Source of the DNA: Plasmodiophora brassicae
Taxonomy: Eukaryota
DNA: 64,000 nt
Reading direction: 5' to 3'
Assembly (NCBI GenBank): GCA_036867785.1
Contig: CP145411.1
Coordinates: 1,736,001-1,800,000 of the forward strand
Every line of letters begins with the position of its first letter. Positions within the stretch are counted from its first letter, which is position 1. The translations under genes were made by a program, and so were the position numbers. The notes below the pieces were generated by a model, which was not told the DNA's origin, made no database searches, and saw nothing but the letters and a program-made list of their open reading frames with translations. Shown one piece after another: positions 33,466 through 45,600 of this stretch.

Positions 33466-35307
33466 ATGGTGCAGCAGAGGGGCGGCGGTGGTGGCGACGG
33501 GGCCGTCCTGTTGCTGGCGGCGGCGGTCGCGTCGCTGTCGGCGGTGGCCGTCAGCTGGGCGATCATGGGGCGGAGCGGGCGGCGTCGACCGCGATTGTAC
33601 CTCGGGTTGGACCTGTCGACGCAGGGCCTGGCCGCGATCGTCGTCGACGAACAGTTCAAGGTCGTATGCGAGAAAGCGGTGTCGTTCGACGACGATCTTC
33701 CGTCCTATGGCACGACGTCCGGGTGCGTTCGGCAGCCAGGCGGCGTCGTTGTTGCGCCTACGCTGATGTTCGTCGAGGCCGTCGATCGGCTCCTCGACGA
33801 TCTGGCCGCGTCTGTCCGTCTCGCGGATATCGTTGCTGTGAGCGGTTGCGGGCAGCAGCATGGATCCGTCTACTGGGCCCGCGGCGCCTCGACCCTCCTG
33901 GCCAATCTCGATCCGGGTCGCACGCTGCGCGACCAGCTCGTCGACGCGTTCGCCATTGCCGACGGCCCGATCTGGATGGATTCCAGCACGGCTGTACTCT
34001 GCCGACGCCTGGAGGATGCCCTAGGCGGCCCACAGGTGCCATCGGGTTGTCGTCATTCCTGTCGGCGCGCGCTCACAGGCATGCCTGCAGGCTTTGGCTG
34101 ATGTTAGCGGGTCGCGCGCCTACGAAAGGTTCACGGGCAACCAGATCGCGAAGATTATCCAGGATTCACCAGTCGCGTATGACCGCTGCGAGCGGATCTC
34201 GCTGATCTCGTCGATGCTGGCGTCGCTGCTTCTGGGCCGATACGCGCCCATCGACCAGAGTGACGCGTCGGGCATGAACTGCATGGATATTCGATCGAGG
34301 CGCTGGTCGCCCGCACTGCTCCAGAGCATTGCAGGCCAATCCGGGTGCCAACGCCTGGAGCAACTGCTCGGGAAGGAGCAGCCCGTGGCACCGCATGCCG
34401 TGCTGGGCACCGTGTCGTCGTATTTCGTCCAGCGGCACGGGTTCTCGCGATCGTGCCGTGTAATACCATTCACGGGCGATAACCCGTCTACCGTCGCCGG
34501 CCTGGGCCTTTCGGAAGCCGGTGACGTGATCGTGTCGCTCGGCACGTCCGACACTGTTCTCGCCGTCGTCCCAGCTCTCGATTGCAAGCCGTCTGGCACT
34601 GAGGGACACATTCTCACCAACCCGTGCAACCCTGCGTCGAACTTGGCCATGCTCTGCTTCAAGAATGGGTCACTGGCGCGTGAGGTCGGGGCCGCGCTGT
34701 CCTGAGGTGCTGATCTCGTACCCATTGCCGTGCATAGGACGTTCGTAATCGGTGCGCTGGCGGGTCGTGGGAGACGTTCTCGAAGTGTTTGCGTCAGACC
34801 GCACCGGGCAACAGTGGCTACACTGGGTTCTTCTACCTGCAGCCGGAAATCACGCCGACCGTTCGCGACACCGGGATCTATGGCTTCAACTCGGCCGGCC
34901 TTGTCGTTGATTTCGCCGACCTTCCCGCAGAAGTCGAGATCCGGGCCATCGTCGAAGGCCAGTGCATGTCGATGCTGTACCATTCACAATTGCTGGGCGT
35001 CAGACATCGCCGGGTGATCGCCACGGGCGGCGCCTCATCGAACGCCGAGATCCTGACCGTCCTGTCGAACGTGTTCAACGCCCCTGTCTATACGGCCACG
35101 GTTGGTACGAACACTGCTGCGTTCGGTGGAGCCGTCCGCGCGTACCACGGCCTGCAATGCGAGTCAGCCGGCACCTATGTGAAGTACCCGGACGTCGCCT
35201 CCATCGAACTGCGAGCATCGCCCGAACCATCGGCCGCCGCCAAGTACAGGGCCATGATGGCATTGTTCCCTGACCTGGAGAGCCAGGTCGTTCAGGCGCT
35301 CACCTAG
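33466..35307 (+). CDS. XYLB: Xylulose kinase (FGGY family)
   Basis: LYLGLDLSTQGL, AVSGCGQQHGSVYW, PIWMDSST, GSRAYERFTGNQI, FTGDNPS, SLGTSDT, CFKNGSLARE, ATGGASSN; two introns. Confidence 0.93.
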
Positions 35308-35369
35308 GGCGTCTGCGATGGCCGTTGTATTTATGTGGCACATTCACACGTGATTATGTTTATATCTGT

Positions 35370-36257
35370 TCACCGCCCAACGATCGCACACAGCAAGCGA
35401 AGGGCGAGGAGCGACAGCAGGCCGAGGATGGCCAGGTTGGCGAACTCGTAGCGGCCCAGGCTGGCGTCGCTCCATTTCGCCACCGCGTCCAGCTCGGCGA
35501 GCCGCTTCCGCCGGATCCTTTTCTGTATGCGGCGAAAGTCGCAGACCTCCCGGAGAATCTCCTGGAACAGCTGCCTAGTAGCCGCCTTCCGTTCGGCAGC
35601 CGTGTCGCCAGCCGTCACGGGCATTCGCGCGAATTCGCCACCGTACGCCTGAGGAGCGTCAGGGGCACGGCGGCGACGTGTTGACAAATCCCATTACGAT
35701 TGCCAGGGCGTCGCCAAATGTGGGAGGGACCTTGCGGTGGCGCGCGTCGACCTTGTCGATGTGGACGACGAACAACGGGAACATCAGGGTGCCTTTGGCG
35801 TCGATGACCTTCGTGACGACGGGCTCGAGGCAGACGGCCGTCGCGTTGGACCGATCACTGTAGACGAATACGAACGCGTCGGCATTGATTGTGTCATCAG
35901 CCATCTGGGCCCGTCCCTCAATGGATGAAACGCCGCTGAGTACCCCACCACCGCCACTGACATTGACGGGTTCAAGCGCGTCGATGCAGACGATCTTGCG
36001 TCGCATGCGGTAGCAGACGAGCTGATGGTTGATGGAAACCTCGGGATAGTCTTTAGACGGTGTGGCAATGAGGGCAACCGGTCATGCATGGTTTCTGACT
36101 GCGGCCGGACCTGATTGCAGAATCGACTCGAGGCCGACCGACGGGTGCTGGAAGAAGACCTGGCATCCGGCATTAGTACACTGGGCGGCAGGCGGGCCAA
36201 CCCGGCTCTGACAATGTTCAGGACCCGGCCGCTGCGCCCCGACGGCAACCATCCCAT
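35370..36257 (-). CDS. Degenerate Ras-like small GTPase domain with a C-terminal transmembrane anchor
   Basis: A four-exon model gives MGWLPSGRSGRVLNI|VFFQHPSVGLESILQS|DYPEVSINHQLVCYRMRRKIVCIDALEP..ADAFVFVYS..FPLFVVHIDKVDARHRKVPPTFGDALAI|AYGGEFARMPV..FANLAILGLLSLLALRLLCAIVGR. Confidence 0.6.
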
Positions 36258-36424
36258 CTTCTTGGCGACCGATGATTGTCACCCCCAGGTCTATCACGTT
36301 ACAGGCAAGGACGAACGTGCGGGCCGCGCGGCTATCACGCTCTACCAGGAGTAGCAACCGAACGATATCGAAAGGGAATTTACGAATGACGAGACCAGGC
36401 GGGGGACTTTGTGGCACACTCGAG

Positions 36425-38054
36425 TCACACAGCACCCGCAGCAGGTGGCACCGGTTCACCGGCAGAGCCGTCTTCTGATTCCGCGGTTTCGTCTATCGTT
36501 GGCAGCTCGGTATCGGCGAGGGGAGCAACGGCGTCCATCAGACCGTTGAGCTCTACCGAGCCACGCAGCTGAACGATCTTCTTCACCCTCGTCTGGTCCC
36601 GTTCCAGCCCGCGTCGCAGCTCGCGAATGCGCTGCTCTGACGCGCGAACGATCCGCACGTGCTCCTTTGTCCGAACATCGAACCATGCCTAGGGTGAACG
36701 CAGCGTCAGCTACGTCGGTACCAGGTCAACGCCCATGAACGAACCTCATAGTAGTTCTTGTGGGACTGGCAAGTCTGGTTACGAATAATTCCCGGCAGTT
36801 CGGCAGTGATCTCGCGAAACTCGCCCAACTCGCTGTCCAGCGTCTGAACCTCGTTGGCGATATCCCTGCGACGCCGGTCGATACGGCGGATGATGATATC
36901 GAGCGAATCAATGGGCTTCGTGTGAGGACGAAGCGCTCGGTTGATTTCATATTCCGAAACGGCATCTGCACAGGTGATGAGATGCCGTCCAGTGGCACAT
37001 CGCGAACGAACCATTTGCAAACTGATGTTCCGACAGCACCACTTCAGAATCGGAGACGGGCGGGTCGGCGGCATCGGTGAGGCGAATGTTGTCCAACAAC
37101 GGCTCGATTTCTTGGGTATCATCGTTGTTGTGGAGGGCGCCCCCGGTTCCTTTCACGTCCTCAGCGTGGCTGGCAGCACCTGGCGTCGCAAACAAATAAG
37201 TATCCGTTCAAGGATACCAATATTAACATCCTTACTGGTGACATGCTTGCTCGACGATAGGTCGGCAGCAGCTGGCGCTTGAGTCTCTGCAGATGGCAAT
37301 GGAGTCTCGAGAGCCGGATGCGGGAGACCACCATCGTCGTCGTCGTGGTCTAAACGACGGCGTTTGCGGATCGGCACAGAACCGCCTGAAGTGCCATGTG
37401 CAGTAGGTCTGATCTGAGAATCCAGGGGATGAATCCGGGCCGACTCCGTCTGAGAACTGGCATCTGCAGCATGTTATCAGGGGCGATTGCGGACGGCCCC
37501 AGCCGACAACGTTACCAGCACGGTGGGCGCGAGACTGTTCGCGCAGACCGAGGAGGAGGCGTGGCTCGACGCTGTTCATCGCGACGGGCAAGGTGACAGG
37601 ATTCCAGTCGTCAATGTACGTCCTCGCCAACGCCTCGCGCAGCGCAGGCAGTTTCTGCTCAATGTCGGCGATTGTTCGTTCAGCCCACGTGGTACGCCGG
37701 TCGAACATGACGCTTTGCGCCTCTGGTCGTCAGCAATCAGAGACAACAGCTGCCCGCGCCAATCATGGTCAACGTACCGAACCATGCCACTTGTTCAGCC
37801 AAGCCGGCCACACCGGGTCCGTCATCACGATCAACTCGGGCATTGCGCTCGCTAAGGTACTGGAACCACTTCTCCTGGATCTCCTCGAAGTCGTTATAGT
37901 GCCCCGCGATCCCCCGCTTCCGCCAGGCGATCTCCGCCTCCGCCTCCCGGATCTGCCTCCACAACGCCGACCTCGGCGACGGCGCCATCGACCCCGCCAG
38001 GCCCGCCAGCACCGGGACGACGACGACGATAACGACAACACTCGTCGTCATCAT
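36425..38054 (-). CDS. Secreted-type protein with an NLS-like motif and two related helical domains (effector candidate)
   Basis: Signal-peptide-like MMTTSVVVIVVVVPVLAGLAGS; exons join in frame across short GT-AG introns; PIRKRRRL motif; internal repeat. Confidence 0.6.
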
Positions 38055-38376
38055 CACCCAACACGACGAAATCCAAAATGACCGCATGGCTGGGCATTTT
38101 GACGTGGTGGTGCCAGTTGCCACTTGCCACGTCCCAGCGGCTATACGTCGACTTCTCGGCGGGTGCGCGTCGGTCTGCGCAGTGCGTAGCCCGTCCAGGG
38201 ACACCCCCGGTGCTGCCCCACTCTGCACGTTCCGACTGTCGACCGGTAATGCTGGCCGCTTGATCGGCGCCCTACGACGAATCGCCGAGGCTAGCGTGCA
38301 GTATGTCGGAGCAAACGTGGGTCGTAGTTGACCGGCGCGCGAGGTGTATCGATAAATAGTAACGGGCAGGACGCCC

Positions 38377-38796
<420 letters not shown>

Positions 38797-38925
38797 TTAT
38801 CGATCCGCGACGAACGCGATCCGTATCGGAATGACGTTCGACCATCGGGGAAGGCGCGTGTCAGCAATGGGCACGAGCACTGTGACTGCGCGTACGGAGC
38901 GCCGTCCGGTCTGGCGCCCTTCTGC

Positions 38926-38998
38926 GCCGACCAACAGGATCGCAGCTAGGGCGACCGCACGGCGACGTCCGCGCCTATCCGCAATCCTGTTGGTCGGC
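38926..38998. promoter_or_regulatory. Inverted repeat in the bidirectional H3/H4 promoter
   Basis: Arms at 38926-38950 and 38974-38998 match at 22 of 25 positions, including a perfect 15 bp GCCGACCAACAGGAT. Confidence 0.6.
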
Positions 38999-39143
38999 AG
39001 TCGACCCCCCGGGCCCAGGCCTCACATTGGGAGCGCCGCGCCGATGAGCGCGCCCAGCCGAGCCGCCCAGAGCGGAGGATCGTCGACGACCGCGAGCAGC
39101 GACGGGTCGTCTCCGCCATTCGACTACTCGGTGCGCTGGGTGA

Positions 39144-39494
<351 letters not shown>

Positions 39495-39729
39495 TAAGTC
39501 GCCCTCTATCTCACATACACCATAAACTATTTGTATCGACTACTTAACACGATCTGCACGTCGTGACGCCTTGCTTCAGACAACGCCAGTTATTACTCTC
39601 CGTGATTGTGCAGGCGCCGCCGATCGTCAACGGCCACAAACGGGGGGTGGATGCCGCCGCGCCCGCCCGTCACTGACTCTGGCGGGTCTCTGTCGGTCCT
39701 TGCGGCGCGCCTGTACCGTCGCCCAGGCG

Positions 39730-42627
39730 ATGAAGTCTGCCGAACTGGGGCCCTTGATCCAGCGCTGCGGCATCGAATCGCTGCGACCCGATGACCTCAA
39801 GCTGCTGGACTCCACGACGGCGTCGGCCGACGACGATGACGACGGTGACGACCGATCGTCCATGTCGTCGTCGACGACGCGAGACGTCGCGGTAAGCGCC
39901 GCTCGACGTCAGGTGCTGAGGGAGCGCGAACGCCACCAACGAGACATGGCCGCCGTACGACGTACGACCCAGGCGATTGTTCGCCCGCCCGCGTGCAACC
40001 GTGGAATGACCGAGGTCGCCTGTGCCTACCTTAGGGCAGATGCGCCTGGCGCAGGAGAAGACGGCCGGCGACCTGCGCCAGCTCGAGAAGCGCCTCCGGG
40101 AGATGGAGTCGGCGGGGCCCATCGCCCAGGAGCGCTTGCGCGTCGCCAAGGACGCCCTGCACGACCTGGTCGTGCCCGAATCGGAATACTTAGGTGCCGA
40201 TCCCGTTTCCGAGCGTCCCGCCTGCCTCATGTGGAATGCCCCAGAGATCGTGGCCATCCCCGAAGAGCAGCGCTCGCTACGAGAGTTCGCCGTCGTCCAG
40301 GTCTACGAACGCGTCGCAGCGCTACGAAAGCAGGTGGCGGCTGAAACGAGCGCCCGCGATGCTGCCCGAAAGGACCTCGCCCGCCTGAGGGAGAAACACG
40401 CCGAGGTACGCGCCAGCGCTGCGACAGGACCGACACACACACGCCGCTCTGACCGACCCCAAGATGACCGAAGAGGCGTCACGCGCCGAGAGGACGTTTC
40501 GGGACAGGATGGAAGAGGCGCTGACGGAGATCGAATCGCTTCAGGCCCGCAACCGCAAGCTCAGCGAGGTCGGCACCGCGTTCCCGGGGGGCGGCCCGCC
40601 TCGTCGCTAACAGCGCCCATTTGCAGGACGCGTCACACGCCAACGCTAGACTGGAGGAAGTGTCCAACAAGGAAGCCAGGTTCGACACCGTCCAACGTCT
40701 GTCGCGAAGCGCTGCCCTGATCGTGGCGTCCCTTCTGATGTGCGATGGGTTTTCAGAGAAGCTGGCGATGGCCGAAGAGCGGGACGCCAAGCTGTCGGAG
40801 GAGTTCAAGCTCCTGTCGGCCAACTACGCCAGCGCCTGCCAGGAGCGGGACGCGGCCACCAAGAAGGCATCGGAACGGGAACAGGTGCGCCGGTTCGGCC
40901 GTCGTTGCCATCGCAGCTGATCAGGCACAGAGCCTTGAGCTGGTGCGCCTGGACAAGATCTACCTGGAGCGGGAGGTCGGCGCGCTGCGCGACCTGAACG
41001 CATCGCACGATGCGATCCAGGCCGAGCTGAACGACAAGGTCAAGCGCCTCAGGGAGCAACGCGAGCAGCTGCACGACAAGATCGAAACGATGCGGTACAC
41101 CGGTCGTCAGTCGTCCATCTTTCGTGCCGCTCGCCCTGATCAACGTTGTTCCTGAAGGTCGCAATGGAAGACGCAGTACGAGGATCGCGTGAATTCCGAG
41201 CTGGCCCGATTGCAAGAACGGAGCGAACGCGAGCTGGACCAGATCCGGGTCCAGCAGCGGGACGGATACGAGCGCGAACTCGCTGGCCTTCGCGAGCAAC
41301 GTGACATGGCGGCCGCCGATCGTGACCGCCTCCAGGTTACCCCGACTGTTCGCCCGTGGGGCGTCGGATGGCGATTCAGCGGTTGCCGCAGGCCAAGTAC
41401 GAAGACGCGCGGACGGCGTACGACAAGTTACGAAGCGAGTACCAGACGAGCCAGACGACCCTGGAGAGCCAGGTGCAGGTACACGAACCCGACGAATTGC
41501 AATCGAAACGTGCTCGCGCTCAGCGTCCGTCATCCCAGGACCTACGCAGCCAGCTGAAGATGAAGACGTTCGAGTTCGATCGCCTAACGGTGACGTTCGA
41601 GGAGTCGCAGGGCGCACACCGAAAGTTGCAGCAAACGTTCACCAAGTTGCAGGAGGAGAACGACATCTTCAGGACGCAGTACTACACGCTGAGGTGGGGA
41701 CGCGCGCGCGCCATCGTACACGCCGACCCGCACATCGATTGACATGCGGCCAGAAACGAGTCGGCGCGGGTCGAGTCGGAGCTGAGCGGTCTGAACACGG
41801 TCCTGAGGGACAAGCTGTCCACCTACGAGCAGCTGGAAGCGGAGCTAGACATGGCCATCACGAGTTCGGGTGCCGACGCCCACTTTGATCCTGGAAACGT
41901 CAGTGCCGCGCGTGTGTGTGTGTGTGTCGTGGGCAGTACGTAATCCCAACGTGGCTAGACGGTGGATGTGGTGGCCGACGTCAGCGCTGCGGTCCCGTCG
42001 ACGTCGAAGCGGCGCATCAAGCAGAGCCTGATGCTGGCCCAGAAGCTGTTGCAGAAGCAGCGCGAGCTGGACACGTTGAAGGGCGAACTGGTCGCGCAGA
42101 GCGAGCGCCTCCACGCGGTCAGCAACGAGTTGCACGAGTGCAGGTCGGCGGGCGTTGCGGCGCGTACGCGTCCCAGGCACGTCGTGACCGGACGATCGCA
42201 GGTCGCAGCTGCAGAAGGTCGAGCAGCCGTATAACTTCTTGGTCGAGTCCATCAAAGAGCGGGAGACGTTGCTGAAGCAGGCACACGCGGTCATCGGGGA
42301 GCTGAAGGGGCAACTTCAGGACGTGAGCCAGGTGCGTCAGCAACGCGGGCGGCACCACTCCCACACGCACACTGACTCGTCCGTTGTTGCCCGTTCCAGC
42401 AATACGATAAGCTGGTGGCGTCGAAGAATGAGGTCGAGGCCAGCCTCCGGACATTGCTGAAGGCGACGTCAGCGATGCGCAAACCTGTCGACGGCAACGC
42501 GGAAGACGTCGCGACCTGCAAATCGGCCCCAGCGCCGAACGACGTTCCCGAGTGGTGTCAGAAGCTACGACAGCAGAACAAAAGTCGCCGACTGCTCGAC
42601 GACCGCGTCCAGCAGATCACATCATAA
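39730..42627 (+). CDS. PIBF1: PIBF1/CEP90 centriolar coiled-coil protein (many introns)
   Basis: KLSTYEQLEAELDMAI, VPSTSKRRIKQSLMLAQKLLQ and QPYNFLVESIKERE match PIBF1 C-terminal motifs. The start is uncertain. Confidence 0.8.
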
Positions 42628-42649
42628 ACGAAGCGAGGCGTTAGTGTAC

Positions 42650-45600
42650 TCATGCCGAACTGGACTTGGAGCGTCGGAACATGGCAAAAGCATCATCAGC
42701 GTCGAGCGAGAAATACGCAGACGCATCCACCATCTTGCGGTCGATGAAGGTTCGCACGCGGTCAAGCACGGCGCAGTGCTTCGCGGGTGGCTGAATGTTG
42801 CAGGGCTCTTCAGACCGTCGCTTGCGCTCGGCGTTATGCGACTCCAAACGCTTTCTGAACCTCGCGATGTCGAAGAGAGACTTCAGGTACCGAACCTGAA
42901 GAGACAGGTCCCCGCTCTGGCCGGTAATGATTAGTCTAGCGTTTGCATTCAAAAGCGCCATGACAGACACGCTACCTTATAGATGATAGTCGAAGGAGAC
43001 TTGCAAGCGCTGCACTGAACAGCGTATCGCTCTCGATTGCGACACGAAACGTCTTCGCAAACGCTCCAGCCCTCATTATAAACAGCAACCTGGCGGGCAA
43101 ACAGAAGCCAAGCTTGCTTGATAATCATGGCGATTGACTGATCGTCCTCCAGAGTGCGGCCGCAGGTGCTTGAAGGGCATCTTAGACCACACTGCCCAGA
43201 GGCGAGATCAACGACGCCCTTGAACTCCCACCGGGTACGACAGGACGGGCACGCGATTTCCAGTTTGACCGTCTCCTTGAAAGCCTCGTCATCATCGAAA
43301 TGACGGAAACACACCGATGATTCAAACAGTTCCTACGAACGCTATCAATACGCAACACCAAGGTCAGCTCTACTGTATACCTGATTGGAGCCTACTGGTT
43401 GCACGACAGCCGAGGCAAACTTTGACTTGTCCAACCCGAGGCAGTCAGCGAGGTGCGCAGCGTCAGTTCCTTCAAGGTAGGCACACAGCCGAACGATTGG
43501 TGGTAGCACCTAAACATGATGCATTCGGGTATAAGGAGACGGCGGTGGCGCACTTCAGCGCGCATACCTGTTGGGCGAAATACCACTCAACGTCTATGGA
43601 TAGTTGTTGGGACACATCGAGAACCAATGAAGGATGATAGGCGCGCTGTGCCACAGACTGAAAACGGCTTCAGAAGGTTTGGAGGCGCCATTAGTGAACC
43701 GACCAACCTTGTCGCTAGAGGACTTGCAGATGACGTAGGGAATATGATCACCAACGCGGACAGGAAGCCCTTGCTGGGACATTTGCAGCGCCACACAGAC
43801 ATGAGGTTGGGATTTCGCGTCCGGATAATCCGATGGAGGCTTCGAGAGACCCTACGAAGACGCTGCTTAGAAAAGGATTTCCATGTTTCGTGGCAGAACG
43901 GCCAAACTTTGGTGATGACAAAATCATTAAGTGGGATCGTGTTGGTTCTAGCAGCCTCAGCAAGACGCGACAGGTAAGAGTGGATGGCGTCAACGCATTC
44001 GTCGCGAGAACTGCCGCTCAGGATGTTGTCGATGACGAACTCACTTGTACGCTTCGATAACGGGCACCAATCACGGCGAACCATTTCCAATCCACGCACC
44101 TGAACAGGACACTAATTACCAACAGGAACGCGATTAGGTATGTAAACATGTCCTTACTTCTCGTTTGCAAATGATTTCACCATCTCTTTCAGTCGCAACG
44201 AGAGCGGCGTATTTCTTCTTTTGCAGCAGCAGAAGCGCCTTGAACACGTAGTCAATCTCGATCTCCAAAGTCTTGTATAGCTTGTTAACAGACCCCTTGA
44301 TGTCGTTTCCAAGATGCATGACTCTGGATCGGGTGATTAGAGACAGCAAAGAACACACGATATCCTGCGTACTGCTTCCAGTCAGTTGACTGTGTCGATA
44401 CGCACACCGAATCCGTGTCTCCGTCTAAGGGAATCATATCGCCGTTATCAACACTATCGACGGAAACCCACTGCCAATGTTCCTACATATGACTTTGTGC
44501 CCCATAGACTCGATAAGTTCCACAGTACTGGAGAGAATGTGCCGTCCTTGGGAAGTAACCAGGGCTGCCAACGGTTTGCAGTAGAAGCGCGAATAGACGA
44601 ACCCGAGGCACCCGTACATGGAATTTGCGACGAGCTTCAAGGCCTGCGAGACGGGCGAATTAGTAAACAGAGACGCATGCTCGGGTCCACGTTATTGCCT
44701 GTTGACGTATATCATACTCTTGCCGCTTGACTGGGTTCTTTTCGTTTTTGAGCATCGTTTTCACGGATCGACGCCTGTCCACCAAACGGCGAATCACACG
44801 GGGAAGTATACCCTCCGGCGCTGAGGGGACAGGGAGACTAGCCATTCCATTCTCGTCCAGCTGTAGAGGAGTCAGCGTTCGACAAAATCACAAGAACTCC
44901 ATACTGACCTGCCAATGCTGAATGGTCGTAAAGCAAATGTTGAACTCCTGAATGATTGACGGATACAGGCTGTTGAAGTCAAGCATCAAAACATATTTGT
45001 CGTAGAACCCCTTTACAGGTTCCAGGACCAGGCCCCCGGAATACGCAGGCTTCCTTCTTTTAGAATTCGTCTACAACAGACACGTTGGAAGCCATACATT
45101 GCAAACGAGAGAAACAGCATCATACAGCTTCACTAGGTGGACACTCAGACTGATCTCGCTCCTGGCGTTCCTTGCGTGTGAATTTCTCAGGTACAATATA
45201 CCTGAAGGACGCCTGTTATGGCGCAATGATTGTGCAGAGCATACCTACACCTACTTGTTTCGATGAAACTCGTGAAGAAGAAGAAACTCAATGCGTTGAG
45301 CACGGGCCGACTGAAGAGACCGGGCCCAAGTATGTCCACCAAGACACGTAAGTTGCTTGCTCAGTGGCAAAACCTGACGTTTTTCGTTAGTAATGAGTTG
45401 AAGGAAGAGTCATTTGCGCAAACCTGTAGATGGAACATTAATCGTAGAGCCAGGTAGGCGTCATTGCCACAATGGCGAACGACTTCAATGATATCAGAAG
45501 TTGATAACATCATTTTCTCGACACAGATATCGTCGCGACTGAAACGTACGGAACCGTATCAGAGGGGGCCTTGACAATACAGCATACCCGATGATTAGCC

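Noticed and set aside
38360-38376. Histone 3' stem-loop after H3 (and after H4)
   Set aside because: Only a 4-5 bp GC hairpin that does not match the metazoan-type SLBP consensus; none follows H4.
41911-41927. (GT)n microsatellite
   Set aside because: A short, ordinary intronic repeat in PIBF1.
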